Below, piece after piece: positions 1 through 10,131 of a stretch of DNA of 46,300 nucleotides (the first letter of the stretch is position 1; each line of letters starts with the position of its first letter). Position numbers and translations under genes: made by a program. This DNA comes from Intrasporangium sp. (GTDB taxonomy: Bacteria; Actinomycetota; Actinomycetes; Actinomycetales; Dermatophilaceae), in assembly GCA_035707905.1 (NCBI GenBank), contig DASSTN010000219.1:1-46300 (forward strand), written 5' to 3'. Below the pieces are notes generated by a model. That model was given only the letters and a program-made list of their open reading frames with translations. It searched no databases and was not told the origin of the DNA.

Positions 1-616
1 GAAGGGCGCCCCCGACCAGGGCGAGACTGATCGGGACGACGACGAGCGGCGCGACGAAGACCGCCCGCCACCCGGCCATCGCATCGATGGCGCCCGCCAC
101 GCCGGGGCCGAGGACGGACGGAAGGATCCAAGCGGCGGCGAAGGAGGCGAACACCTTGGCGCGCAACGCCTCGGGCAGCGCTCGGGCGACGAGGACGGTC
201 ATCGCCGTGTCGATGAGCGCCTCGGCTGCGCCGGACACGGCCCTGCCGACGACGAACACGCCCATGCTCGAGGCGGATCCGCTGATGAGCTGCGCCACGA
301 CGAAGAGGCCGATGCCGGTCAGCAGTGCCCGGCCGGGACCGCGCCGGTCGGTCCACGGCCCGGACCAGGCCATGGCCACCGTGAGGGTCACGAGGGGCGC
401 GCCCGTTGCGGCACCGAAGAGCGACCAGCCGTCGAGCTCGTGCACGACTGTCGGCAGGATCGAGATGACGGCACGGTTCTCGAAGGCGGCAAGGGTGACG
501 AGGGCGAGGACGCCGAGCACGACGGGCAGGTGGTCTCGGCTGAGCAGGCGTGGGGCCGCTGCGGGCTCGGGCGGGCTGGGCGGTGGCGCGGCTCGGCGCG
601 CGGCTTGGGTGGACAC
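1..616 (-). CDS. MFS transporter (3' part runs off the left edge)
   Basis: Manual translation from GTG at 616: ...LPVVLGVLALVTLAAFENRAV...WTDRRGPGRALL...FVVGRAVSG...WILPSVLGP...GWRAVF; multiple TM helices and MFS motif A-like D-R-x-G; divergent from soxR. Confidence 0.85.
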   Translation of the reverse strand, partial: MSTQAARRAAPPPSPPEPAAAPRLLSRDHLPVVLGVLALVTLAAFENRAVISILPTVVHELDGWSLFGAATGAPLVTLTVAMAWSGPWTDRRGPGRALLTGIGLFVVAQLISGSASSMGVFVVGRAVSGAAEALIDTAMTVLVARALPEALRAKVFASFAAAWILPSVLGPGVAGAIDAMAGWRAVFVAPLVVVPISLALVGGAL

Positions 617-623
617 GGGGACG

Positions 624-654
624 AGCCTGCAATCTCAGGTGCGCTTGAGGTCAA
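624..654 (-). promoter_or_regulatory. SoxR-activated promoter of the MFS gene with SoxR box
   Basis: Minus strand TTGACC-19 nt-CAGGCT; dyad TCTCAGGTGCGCTTGAGG (633-650) resembles the SoxR box CCTCAAGTTAACTTGAGG; a 19-bp spacer is typical of MerR-type promoters. Confidence 0.85.
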
Positions 655-667
655 CTAGGCTGCGCGG

Positions 668-1162
668 ATGGACCGCCGCGACCAGCTGACGATCGGGGAG
701 GTGGCCGGGCGCAGCGGCGTCAGCGTGCCGACGGTGCGGTTCTACGAGGAGAAGGGCCTCATCACCTCGACCCGCACCGTGGGTAACCAGCGCCGCTACT
801 CCAGGCACACCCTGAGGAGGATCGCGGTCGTCCGGGCCGGGCAGCGGTTCGGGCTCAGCCTCGCCGAGCTGGTCGAGGCCCTGGCCGTGCTCCCGCCGGA
901 CCGACCGCCGACCAAGCGAGACTGGAGCCGGATGTCCCGGCGCTGGCACGACCTGCTCACCGAGCGGATCGAGGCGATGGAGCGGGTGCGCGACGGCCTC
1001 ACGGACTGCATCGGATGCGGCTGCCTCTCGCTCGCGACGTGCCCCGTCTACAACACCGACGACGCCTTGGCGCGAGAGGGAGCCGGCCCCCGGCGGTGGC
1101 CTGCCGGCGCGCGGTCTTCCGGTGCCGGGTCCCGCCCTGAAGGGGGCGACGCCGCTGGCTAG
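668..1162 (+). CDS. soxR: Redox-sensitive transcriptional activator SoxR
   Basis: MerR HTH (LTIGEVAGRSGVSVPTVRFYE..GNQRRY) and [2Fe-2S] motif CIGCGCLSLATC. Confidence 0.95.
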   Translation: MDRRDQLTIGEVAGRSGVSVPTVRFYEEKGLITSTRTVGNQRRYSRHTLRRIAVVRAGQRFGLSLAELVEALAVLPPDRPPTKRDWSRMSRRWHDLLTERIEAMERVRDGLTDCIGCGCLSLATCPVYNTDDALAREGAGPRRWPAGARSSGAGSRPEGGDAAG

Positions 1163-1171
1163 GCTCACGGG

Positions 1172-1993
1172 ATGAGTGCCGCGCCTGCCTGGGGTCCCGT
1201 GTCGGAACGAGCCGGCGGGCAGGTGCTCCTCAGGAGCCAGCCCGGCGCCATCGAGGTGACCTTCAACCGGCCCGAGAAGCACAACGCCTTCACCGACGCG
1301 ATGTACGCCGAGCTCGAGCACCTCTGTGAGCTCGCAGCGTCCACCCCGGCGCTGCACGTCATCATCTTCCGCGGTGCCGGTGGCCGCGCTTTCGCCGCCG
1401 GCAACGACATCTCGTCGTTCACGGGCTTCTCGAGCGGCGCCGACGGAGTGGCCTACGAGGCGCGGATCCGTGGGGTGCTCGACGGCGTGGCGGCCCTGCC
1501 CCAGGTGACGATCGCCGCGGTCGAGGGCCACTGTGTAGGGGGCGGCCTGGCCCTTGCGAACGCCTGCGACCTGCGCATCTGCACCCCGACCGCGCGGTTC
1601 GGCTACCCCATTGCACGGACCCTCGGCAACGCCCTCTCCGCGCCCATCGTGCTGCGCTGCGCCGAGGTCTTCGGCGACCCGCTCACCCGCGAGATGATCC
1701 TCGCCTCGCGGATGGTCGACGCCCGGCGGGCCGAGGCGGTCGGAGCCGTCATGGACGTCGTCGCGCCCGAGCGGCTCGAGGCCGAGGTCTGGGGTATCGC
1801 GGCGGGCATCCTGCAGGCCGCGCCGCTCACGATCCGTGCCACGAAGGAGCAGCTCCGGGCCGGACGGGAGGGCTATGACGTGGCGCTCGACGACGCGCGG
1901 CTGGAGCGCGTCTACGGCAGCGAGGACTTCACCGAAGGGGTGGCCGCGTTCCTCGGCAAGCGCACCCCCGCCTTCCGGGGTGACGCCGGCTGA
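1172..1993 (+). CDS. Enoyl-CoA hydratase/isomerase family protein
   Basis: NRPEKHNAF, AFAAGNDI, CVGGGLALANACDLRI, EGVAAFLGKR crotonase motifs. Confidence 0.9.
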   Translation: MSAAPAWGPVSERAGGQVLLRSQPGAIEVTFNRPEKHNAFTDAMYAELEHLCELAASTPALHVIIFRGAGGRAFAAGNDISSFTGFSSGADGVAYEARIRGVLDGVAALPQVTIAAVEGHCVGGGLALANACDLRICTPTARFGYPIARTLGNALSAPIVLRCAEVFGDPLTREMILASRMVDARRAEAVGAVMDVVAPERLEAEVWGIAAGILQAAPLTIRATKEQLRAGREGYDVALDDARLERVYGSEDFTEGVAAFLGKRTPAFRGDAG

Positions 1994-2020
1994 GCGGCAT
2001 ACGGACTCGTATGCCGCCCA
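1991..2020. repeat. Inverted pair of the GTATGCCGC motif forming a hairpin between convergent genes
   Basis: GCGGCATAC (1994-2002) and GTATGCCGC (2009-2017); probable bidirectional terminator or REP-like element. Confidence 0.8.
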
Positions 2021-2032
2021 GCTGGGTTGCGC

Positions 2033-3661
2033 TCAGCGCCTGCGGCGCGACGTGCCGAAGATGCTTCGGGTGATCTCCCGGCCGATCACCGTTCCTGCCG
2101 ACCGCACCATCGATCGGAACGCGGAGGACTGCACGACCTGCTGGACGAGGCCAGGTTCCTCCTTGGGGGCTCGCTGGCGCCCGGAGGGGGCAGGAGCCTG
2201 GGGAGAGGGTGCTGGAGCCGCCGGTTCCTCTTCCGGGGTGGGCGCGGCCTGCAGGCGCTTGGCGAGCAGCTCGTAGGCGGACTCCCGGTCGACGACGCCG
2301 GCGTACTTCGAGGCGAGGGGCGAGGCCGCGATGATCGCGTCCACGGTTGCCTCCGGGGATGGGTCCATGAGCGAGTTCGGTGCCTTCATCCGAGTCCAGG
2401 CGACCGGAGTGGGGACGCCCTTCTCGGACAGGACGGTGACCACGGCCTCGCCGATGCCGAGACTGGTCAGCAGCTCCTCGAGGTCGTAGGCGGTGCGCGG
2501 GTAGGTCGCAATCGCCTGCTTGAGCGCCTTGGCATCGTCCGGGGTGAAGGCGCGCAGGGCGTGCTGGACCCGGTTGCCGAGCTGGGCGAGGACGTCGCTC
2601 GGCACGTCCTTCGGCGACTGGGTGACGAAGAAGACGCCGACGCCCTTGGACCGGATGAGCCGGACCGTCTGCTGGATGGCGTCGAGGAAGGCCTTGCTCG
2701 CGTCGTCGAAGAGCAGGTGTGCCTCGTCGAAGAAGAACACGAGCTTCGGCTTGTCGAGGTCGCCCTCCTCGGGCAGGTCGTGGAAGAGGTCCGCGAGCAG
2801 CCACATGAGGAAGGTCGAGAAGAGCTGCGGTCGGTCCTGGACCTGGGGCAGCTCGAGACACGACACGACGCCCTTGCCGTCCGTTGTCGTGCGGAGCAGG
2901 TTGCTCGTGTCGAACTCAGGCTCACCGAAGAACTGGTCGGCGCCCTGGTCCTCGAAGGTGATGAGGTTGCGCAGGATGACCCCGGCCGTGGCGGACGAGA
3001 GGGCGCCGAGTTCCTTGAGGTCGTCCTTGCCCTCGTCTGACGTGAGATGGGTGATGACGGCGCGCAGGTCCTTGATGTCGAGCAGGGCCAGGCCGTTCTT
3101 GTCGGCGTAGTGGAAGATCAGCCCCAGGCTGCTCTCCTGGGTGTCGTTGAGACCGAGCACCTTGGACAGGAGCGTCGGGCCGAAGCTCGTGACCGTTGCT
3201 CGGATGGGAATGCCCTTGCCGGCGCCGCCGAGCGAGTAGAACTCGGTCGGGTAGCCCTTGGCCTCCCAGGTCATGCCGACCTGCTCGGCCCGCTCGGTGA
3301 TCTTGGCATTGGTCTCGCCGGGAGTGGCGATGCCGGAGAGGTCGCCCTTGATGTCGGCGAGGAAGACGGGCACGCCTGCGTCCGAGAGCTGCTCGGCCAT
3401 GAGCTGGAGCGTCTTCGTCTTGCCGGTTCCGGTCGCGCCGGCGACCAGACCGTGGCGGTTGAGGATGCCGAGCGGGATGCGCACCGGGACGTCGGGATGG
3501 GCCTCTCCGTCGACGACTGCGGCGCCCAGCGCGAGCGCCGGCCCCTCGAAGGCGTAGCCCGCCCGGATCTGGTCCAGCAGCGGCGAACTGGCCCTCGAGG
3601 CGGCCGCCCCCGGGGCGGAGGCAGTGCCGTCGGACGCGGGGGGCGGGGGAACGTCGGTCAC
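2033..3661 (-). CDS. HerA-like ATPase, DUF853/YjgR family
   Basis: NRHGLVAGATGTGKT Walker A, FFFDEAH Walker B, RLIRSKGVGVFFVTQ, QLGNRVQHALRAFTP; start placed at GTG 3661 (TACAGT 7 nt upstream); GTG 3670 is an alternative. Confidence 0.9.
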   Translation of the reverse strand: MTDVPPPPASDGTASAPGAAASRASSPLLDQIRAGYAFEGPALALGAAVVDGEAHPDVPVRIPLGILNRHGLVAGATGTGKTKTLQLMAEQLSDAGVPVFLADIKGDLSGIATPGETNAKITERAEQVGMTWEAKGYPTEFYSLGGAGKGIPIRATVTSFGPTLLSKVLGLNDTQESSLGLIFHYADKNGLALLDIKDLRAVITHLTSDEGKDDLKELGALSSATAGVILRNLITFEDQGADQFFGEPEFDTSNLLRTTTDGKGVVSCLELPQVQDRPQLFSTFLMWLLADLFHDLPEEGDLDKPKLVFFFDEAHLLFDDASKAFLDAIQQTVRLIRSKGVGVFFVTQSPKDVPSDVLAQLGNRVQHALRAFTPDDAKALKQAIATYPRTAYDLEELLTSLGIGEAVVTVLSEKGVPTPVAWTRMKAPNSLMDPSPEATVDAIIAASPLASKYAGVVDRESAYELLAKRLQAAPTPEEEPAAPAPSPQAPAPSGRQRAPKEEPGLVQQVVQSSAFRSMVRSAGTVIGREITRSIFGTSRRRR

Positions 3662-3695
3662 CTTCGGCACTGTAGTGCGCGCCTATGCTGGGGCG

Positions 3696-3992
3696 GTGAT
3701 TTTCAAGGCCGTCGGAGACACGCGTCCCTATCCCGACCACGGGCTGGTGAGCGTCAAGGACTGGTCGAGCGTGCCGCCGCGCGTCGTCCAGCTCGGTGAG
3801 CTCATCACCACGAAGAGCACGCTCGACCTGCGGGGCCTGCTCGCCGACGACTCGACCTTCTACGGCGACCTCTTCCCTCACTGCGTGCAGTGGGAGGGCG
3901 AGCTCTATCTCGAGGACGGTCTGCACCGGGCGCTGCGCGCGGCGCTGCAGCAACGCCCGGTCCTCCATGCGCGGGTCCTCGTACTTTCCTGA
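3696..3992 (+). CDS. Small conserved actinobacterial protein with a ParB/Srx-like motif (family I recall being auto-annotated as VapB-type antitoxin)
   Basis: (M)IFKAVGDTRPYPDHG...LYLEDGLHRALRAAL; TATGCT lies 6 nt before the GTG. Confidence 0.75.
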   Translation: MIFKAVGDTRPYPDHGLVSVKDWSSVPPRVVQLGELITTKSTLDLRGLLADDSTFYGDLFPHCVQWEGELYLEDGLHRALRAALQQRPVLHARVLVLS

Positions 3993-4040
3993 CCGGACCG
4001 ATACGGTCGGGAGCGGCTCGAGGGCGAGAGGGAGGGATCG

Positions 4041-4574
4041 ATGAGCGCAGAGGACGACGGTTACGAGTACCGCGCCAAGCGGCAACGCCGGGCGACCCTG
4101 ACCATTGCCGTGGTCCTCCTCGCGCTGGCTGGGGCGTTCTACTACGCCTCCACCTACTTCCGGCAGCCCGTCAGCAAGCCGGCGGCTGCCTGCACCACCG
4201 TCAAGCCCGTCCAGCCCCTCCGGGCCGCCGACGTCTCGGTCAACGTCTACAACGCAACCAAGCGCAGCGGCCTGGCCGGCACGACCTCCCAGGCGCTGGC
4301 GAAGCGGGGTTTCAAGATCAAGACCGTCGGGAATGACCCGCTGAAGAAGACGGTCACCAAGGCCGCCGAGATCCGCTACGGAGATCCCGGGAAGCAGTCC
4401 GCGGAGCTGCTCATGAAGCACGCGCCCGGTGCCGTCCTCGTCAAGGACAAGCGCAAGGACGACACGGTCGACCTCGTCATCGGCAACGCCTGGAAGCAGC
4501 TTGGCCCCGTTCCCGCCGAGCCGACCCCCACCCAGACCCTTCCGCTCTGCCCCGACGCCACCTCGACGCCCTAG
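4041..4574 (+). CDS. LytR C-terminal domain membrane-anchored protein
   Basis: Single N-terminal TM; VNVYNATKRSGLA...RGF....GND, DTVDLVIG; RBS GGGAGG. Confidence 0.85.
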   Translation: MSAEDDGYEYRAKRQRRATLTIAVVLLALAGAFYYASTYFRQPVSKPAAACTTVKPVQPLRAADVSVNVYNATKRSGLAGTTSQALAKRGFKIKTVGNDPLKKTVTKAAEIRYGDPGKQSAELLMKHAPGAVLVKDKRKDDTVDLVIGNAWKQLGPVPAEPTPTQTLPLCPDATSTP

Positions 4575-4639
4575 CGCCCTCGGTATGCCGCTGAGCGGGC
4601 GAGCGCGGTCATCGACCCTCCGGCACCTTCGCCCGCGCG

Positions 4640-4760
4640 ACGCTGGTCACCTGCCCCGCTGAGAGGTGCAGCGGGCCCCTTGCCCCGGTGAGCGGTGCAC
4701 CGGGCCCCCTGCCCCGCTGAGCGGTGCAGCGGGCCCCTTGCCCCGGTGAGCGGTGCAGGT
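4640..4760. repeat. 29-bp tandem repeat array (about 3.7 units), REP/BIME-like
   Basis: Units TGCCCCG(C/G)TGAG(C/A)GGTGCA(G/C)CGGGCCCC(T/C) start at 4652, 4681, 4710 and 4739; inverted relative at 23429-23520. Confidence 0.9.
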
Positions 4761-4830
4761 CTCCAGCGTCGCGGAGGGAGTGTCCGTGGTGCCTGCCATT
4801 CTTCAGTGGGGGCAGGAAGCGGAGAGTCGT

Positions 4831-5445
4831 ATGTCAGGCCGGTTCAACGCCGACAGGTACGTGGTCAGGGCTCGACGGATTGCTGACCTCAGTCAGCGAG
4901 AACTCGCGGAGAGGCTCGGTGTGGCCCGCTCAGTCGTCAGTCGCATGGAGACCGGCGAGGTGGCGCCCACTGCGGAGATGTTGAGCGCGGTCCTCGCCCT
5001 CGGAGGGCTCCACTTGGTCGTGGTGGACGGGAACGGCGTCCTGGTGGACCCCGTGCCCGCGGATGTCGCCAGGGACAACGCGGGGCGCCGCTATCCGGCA
5101 CACCTCGACGTCAACCCTGTCGAAATGGCGCCGGCCGAGTACGGCTGGAGGCCCAGGCATGAGCGTCACGCGCCCAAGGCGTGGTTCCAGCTCCGGCAGG
5201 AACGCGACCGCCGTCGACGAGGCCAGCAGCCGGCTCCTGACCACCCGACGGTCGCCGATCTCGAGGCGTACCGCCGGATGATCTTCGAGCAGAAGGGAGC
5301 CCGGATGCGGGCTCAGGCGGCAGCCCGCGTGGCAGCAGAGCCACCGCTCGCGCCCTGCTCCTGCGGACTGGAGTGCGAGGAGTCGGGCCCGTGCGTGCCG
5401 AGCTGCACGTGCCAGTGCGAGCCGCCCGTCTCCGGCTTGGGGTGA
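4831..5445 (+). CDS. XRE-family HTH protein with Cys-rich C-terminus
   Basis: RARRIADLSQRELAERLGVARSVVSRMETG HTH; RDNAGRRYPAHLD; tail CSCGLECEESGPCVPSCTCQC; RBS GGAGAG. Confidence 0.8.
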   Translation: MSGRFNADRYVVRARRIADLSQRELAERLGVARSVVSRMETGEVAPTAEMLSAVLALGGLHLVVVDGNGVLVDPVPADVARDNAGRRYPAHLDVNPVEMAPAEYGWRPRHERHAPKAWFQLRQERDRRRRGQQPAPDHPTVADLEAYRRMIFEQKGARMRAQAAARVAAEPPLAPCSCGLECEESGPCVPSCTCQCEPPVSGLG

Positions 5446-5476
5446 CGCCCAGGCAACACCGGCAGGACCGGGCCAG

Positions 5477-6493
5477 TCAGCGCCCGGCGAGGGTGGCGAC
5501 CAGGAGGGCCTTGATCGTGTGCATTCGGTTCTCGGCCTGGTCGAAGACGATCGAGGCCGGCGACTCGAAGACGTCGTCGGTCACCTCGAGCTCCTTGAGG
5601 TCGAACTGCTCGTGGATCGAGCGACCCACCGTGGTCTCCAGGTCGTGGAAGGCGGGCAGGCAGTGCATGAACTTCACGCCCGGGTTGCCGGTGCGGGCCA
5701 GGAGGCCGGCGTTGACCTGGTACGACGACAGCAGCCCGATTCGCTCGGCCCACACCTCGGGCGCCTCGCCCATCGAGACCCACACATCCGTGTGGACGAA
5801 GTCCGCCCCCCGCAGACCCTCGTCCAGGTCCTCCGTCACCGTGACCCGGGAACCGAGCTCAGCGGCATACCGCTTCGCCTGATCGATGACCGGGGGCGCC
5901 GGCCAGAGCTGCCGCGGCGCGACGATCCGGACGTCCATGCCCAGCATGGCGCCAGCGGTCAGCAGCGAGTTGCCCATGTTGTAGCGGGCATCGCCGACGA
6001 ACGCGTAGGTGATCTCGCCGTCGGGCTTGCCACTGTGCTCGCGCATGGTGAGCATGTCGCAGAGGGACTGGGTCGGGTGCCACTCGTTCGTCAGCCCGTT
6101 CCATACCGGGACACCGGCCCACGCGGCGAGCGTCTCGACGACGCTCTGGCCGTTGCCGCGGTACTCGATCCCGTCGTACAGCCGGCCCAGCACACGCGCC
6201 GTGTCCTTGATGGACTCCTTGTGGCCCATCTGTGAGCCGGCCGGGTCAAGGTAGGTGGTCGAGGCACCCTGGTCGGCGGCCGCGACCTCGAAGGCGGCCC
6301 TCGTGCGTGTCGAGGTCTTCTCGAAGAGGAGGGCGATGTTCTTGCCCACGAGACGTCGCTCCTCGCGGCCCTCACGCTTCGCGGCCTTCAGCTGGGCGGC
6401 GAGGTCGAGCAGGCTGCGGAACTCCTCGGGAGAGACATCGGTCTCCTTGAGGAAGCTCCGGCCCAGGAGAGCGGAGCGCGAGGTGACGGTCAT
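5477..6493 (-). CDS. argF: Ornithine carbamoyltransferase
   Basis: [32 protein letters not shown] motifs. Confidence 0.95.
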   Translation of the reverse strand: MTVTSRSALLGRSFLKETDVSPEEFRSLLDLAAQLKAAKREGREERRLVGKNIALLFEKTSTRTRAAFEVAAADQGASTTYLDPAGSQMGHKESIKDTARVLGRLYDGIEYRGNGQSVVETLAAWAGVPVWNGLTNEWHPTQSLCDMLTMREHSGKPDGEITYAFVGDARYNMGNSLLTAGAMLGMDVRIVAPRQLWPAPPVIDQAKRYAAELGSRVTVTEDLDEGLRGADFVHTDVWVSMGEAPEVWAERIGLLSSYQVNAGLLARTGNPGVKFMHCLPAFHDLETTVGRSIHEQFDLKELEVTDDVFESPASIVFDQAENRMHTIKALLVATLAGR

Positions 6494-6584
6494 GGAGCGA
6501 TGCTTCCAGCCGTGGATGGGTGCCGCAAAGGAGTCTCAGAAGTCCCCGTTCCGCCACGCGCTGCCCGCACCGTGCGCAGGTGGA

Positions 6585-6618
6585 AGAAGGACCCCGTCGC
6601 ACGCGACGGGGTCCTTCT
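6585..6618 (-). terminator. GC-rich hairpin terminator downstream of tRNA-Ser
   Basis: Perfect inverted repeat AGAAGGACCCCGTCGC..GCGACGGGGTCCTTCT immediately after the tRNA CCA. Confidence 0.8.
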
Positions 6619-6622
6619 GCGA

Positions 6623-6710
6623 TGGCGGAGGATGGGGGATTTGAACCCCCGAGGGTTTTATCCCAACACGATTTCCAATCGTGCGCACTAGGCCACTATG
6701 CGAATCCTCC
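6623..6710 (-). tRNA. tRNA-Ser (anticodon GGA)
   Basis: GGAGGATTCGCATAGTGGCCTAGTGCG-CACGA-TTGGAAA-TCGTG, long variable arm, GGTTCAAATCC, CCTCCGCCA; -10 TAACCT at 6717-6722. Confidence 0.97.
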
Positions 6711-6761
6711 GCGGGCAGGTTACCCGAGGTGGCGCGCTGGCCGGAAATCGGTCGGCCCCGG

Positions 6762-7936
6762 TCACCGCTCCCGACGGGCCGGCCCACCAGCGGTCACCGG
6801 GAAGGACGACGGGGGCGAGAGGTTACTGGAGGCGAATGCCGCGGTGATCGCGTCGGAGACCGCCTCGACGGCGTCGGTCGGCACGAGTGCAATGGAGGAA
6901 CCACCGAACCCACCGCCCGTCATCCGCGCGCCCAGAGCGCCGTGCGCCCGGGCGGCCGCCGTGGCCAGGTCGAGCTCCGTGCACGAGATCTCGTAGTCGT
7001 CGCGCATCGAGGCGTGGGAGGCGTCGAAGAGCCGTCCCAGAGCGGTCAGGTCACGAGCCTCCAGCGCTGTGACGGCGCCCCGGACCCGGTCGATCTCGGT
7101 GACGACGTGGCGGACCCTCCGGCGCAGCACCTCGCTCGTGAGCTTGTCGAGCACCGTATCGAGGTCCGCGACGTCCAGCTCCCGAAGGCTGGTGATGCCC
7201 AGCTCCGCCGTGGCGGCACGGCACTCGTCCCGCCGGTTGCCGTACTGGCCGTCGGTCAGCTCGTGCGATGCCCTCGTGTCGGTCACGAGCAGGGCGTAAC
7301 CCTGGGCCGCGAGGTCGAACGGCACGAGCCGGGTCTCCCATGACCGGCAGTCGAGCAGCAGGGCCTCGTGCTCCCGGCACAGCATCGCGGTCGACTGGTC
7401 CATCCCGCCGGTCGGTGCCTGCGCGATCGTGTTCTCCGCCTCGATGCAGGCCCGGGCGAGGGCGGACCTCCCCGCGGCGGAACCCAGCAGGTCGAGACCC
7501 GCCAGGTCGCTCACGGCAGCGGCTACCGCGCACTCGAGGGCGGCCGAGCTGGAGAGCCCGGCCCCGACCGGCACTGAGGAGTCGACGGTCAAATCCAGCC
7601 CTGGGACCTCGTGGCCCGCCCGCTCCAGCGCCCAGAGCACACCAGCGACGTAGGACGCCCACCCCGCCGGGTGCCCGGGCCGCACGTCCGAGAGGGTGAC
7701 CTCGACGGCCTCGTCCTGCTGGGCCGACCACACGCGGAGGGTGCGGTCGGGGCGACGGGCGGCAGCGACATACGTGCGCTGGGGGAGCCCGATCGGCAGG
7801 CAGAGCCCGTCGTTGTAGTCGGTGTGCTCACCGATGAGGTTGACCCGGCCGGGCGCCGACCACACGCCCTCGGGGGACCTGCCGGTGAGCCGGACGAAGT
7901 CGTCGGCGACCCGCTCCGGGAGCGGCGCCGGACCGG

Positions 7937-7940
<4 letters not shown>
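6762..7940 (-). CDS. galK: Galactokinase
   Basis: APGRVNLIGEHTDYNDG, PVGAGLSSSAA, GARMTGGGFGGS. Confidence 0.95.
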
Positions 7941-9042
<1,102 letters not shown>

Positions 9043-9043
<1 letters not shown>

Positions 9044-9831
9044 CAGCTGCCACCCTCGGGCTCGACGACGACGAGCTCGCCCACGTGGTCGGTCAGGGAT
9101 CGTCGGGCCCCCTGCGACAGGCCCGAGTCGGTGATGAAGACGTCCACGTCGTCGAGCCGGCCGAATGTCCCCAGCCCGACGACGCCCCACTTGGTGGCGT
9201 CGGCGAGGACGCAGACCCGCAGCCCGGACCGGATCAGCGCCCGGTTCGTGTCCGCCTCGACGAGGTTCGGCGTCGTCAGGCCGGCCTTCGCGTCCACGCC
9301 GTGGCTGCCAAGGAAGAGGAGGTCGACGTGGAGCGACTCGAGGGCGCTGACCGCGATGGGCCCGACGAGAGCCTGGGAGGGGGTCGGAACACCCCCGGTG
9401 AGGATGACCGTCTGCCCCGGCCCGTTCGCCTCGTGGAGCAGCTGCGCGGCGGGGAGCGAGTTCGTCACGACGGTGAGGCCGGGGACGGTCACGAGACGGC
9501 GGGCCAGCTCGATCGTCGTCGTTCCTGCCGACATCCCGATCGCGCTGCCGGGCTCGACGAGCTCTGCGGCCGCCCTCGCAATGGCCCGCTTCTCGGCCTG
9601 CTGCAGCAAGGACTTGGCAGCGAAGCCGGGCTCCTCGCTCCGGCGCGTGCCCTCCCGAGCGACGGCCCCGCCGTGGACGCGCTCGACGACGCCGTCCGAG
9701 GAGAGCCGGTCGATGTCGCGGCGGATCGTCATGTCCGACACTCCGAGCCGTTCGACGAGCTCGGAGATCCGAACCGCGCCCTCACGCTCGACGAGCTCGG
9801 CGATGGCCGAGCGGCGCTGGCTCGCGAGCAC
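9043..9831 (-). CDS. DeoR/GlpR family transcriptional regulator of the gal operon
   Basis: GVSDMTIRRD..RVHGGA HTH; AGTTT, VVTNS sensor-domain motifs. Confidence 0.92.
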
Positions 9832-9888
9832 GCGCGTCTCCTCTCGCTGTGGGCCGGTCTCCGGTCCACGGGCACCACTTCGGGGTCG

Positions 9889-9945
9889 ACAAACTCTAAC
9901 AATTTCTTACACGTCTTGACACTTTCGAACAAGTACCGCCACGAT
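9889..9945. promoter_or_regulatory. AT-rich divergent promoter region between deoR-galTK and lacI
   Basis: Minus-strand TAGAGT (9893-9898); plus-strand TTGACA (9916-9921) with CACGAT 18 nt downstream. Confidence 0.5.
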
Positions 9946-10131
9946 CGGACCAGCGCCGCGGAAAGGGTGGCGTCGCGTCAACGCGGATGCAGGGAGCGAG
10001 TCATGGGAGCGGACGAGCTGGTCGTCCGTCCTGTCCGATCGGGACAAGCCATCGGACAGGGTCGGACACTTCCGCCGCCCGAAACCGGGAACTCGCTGCC
10101 CGCTGACCAGTCGCGCTGGTCCAATCGGCGC

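Noticed and set aside
6500-6996. ORFs overlapping 6623-6710
   Set aside because: Shadow ORFs over tRNA-Ser and galK.
10030-10060. Hairpin CCTGTCCGAT/ATCGGACAGG upstream of lacI
   Set aside because: Single 10-bp stem with no other support; a function cannot be assigned.
9085-10131. 704-aa LacI fusion
   Set aside because: Antisense to deoR plus intergenic DNA; LacI similarity starts near 10132.
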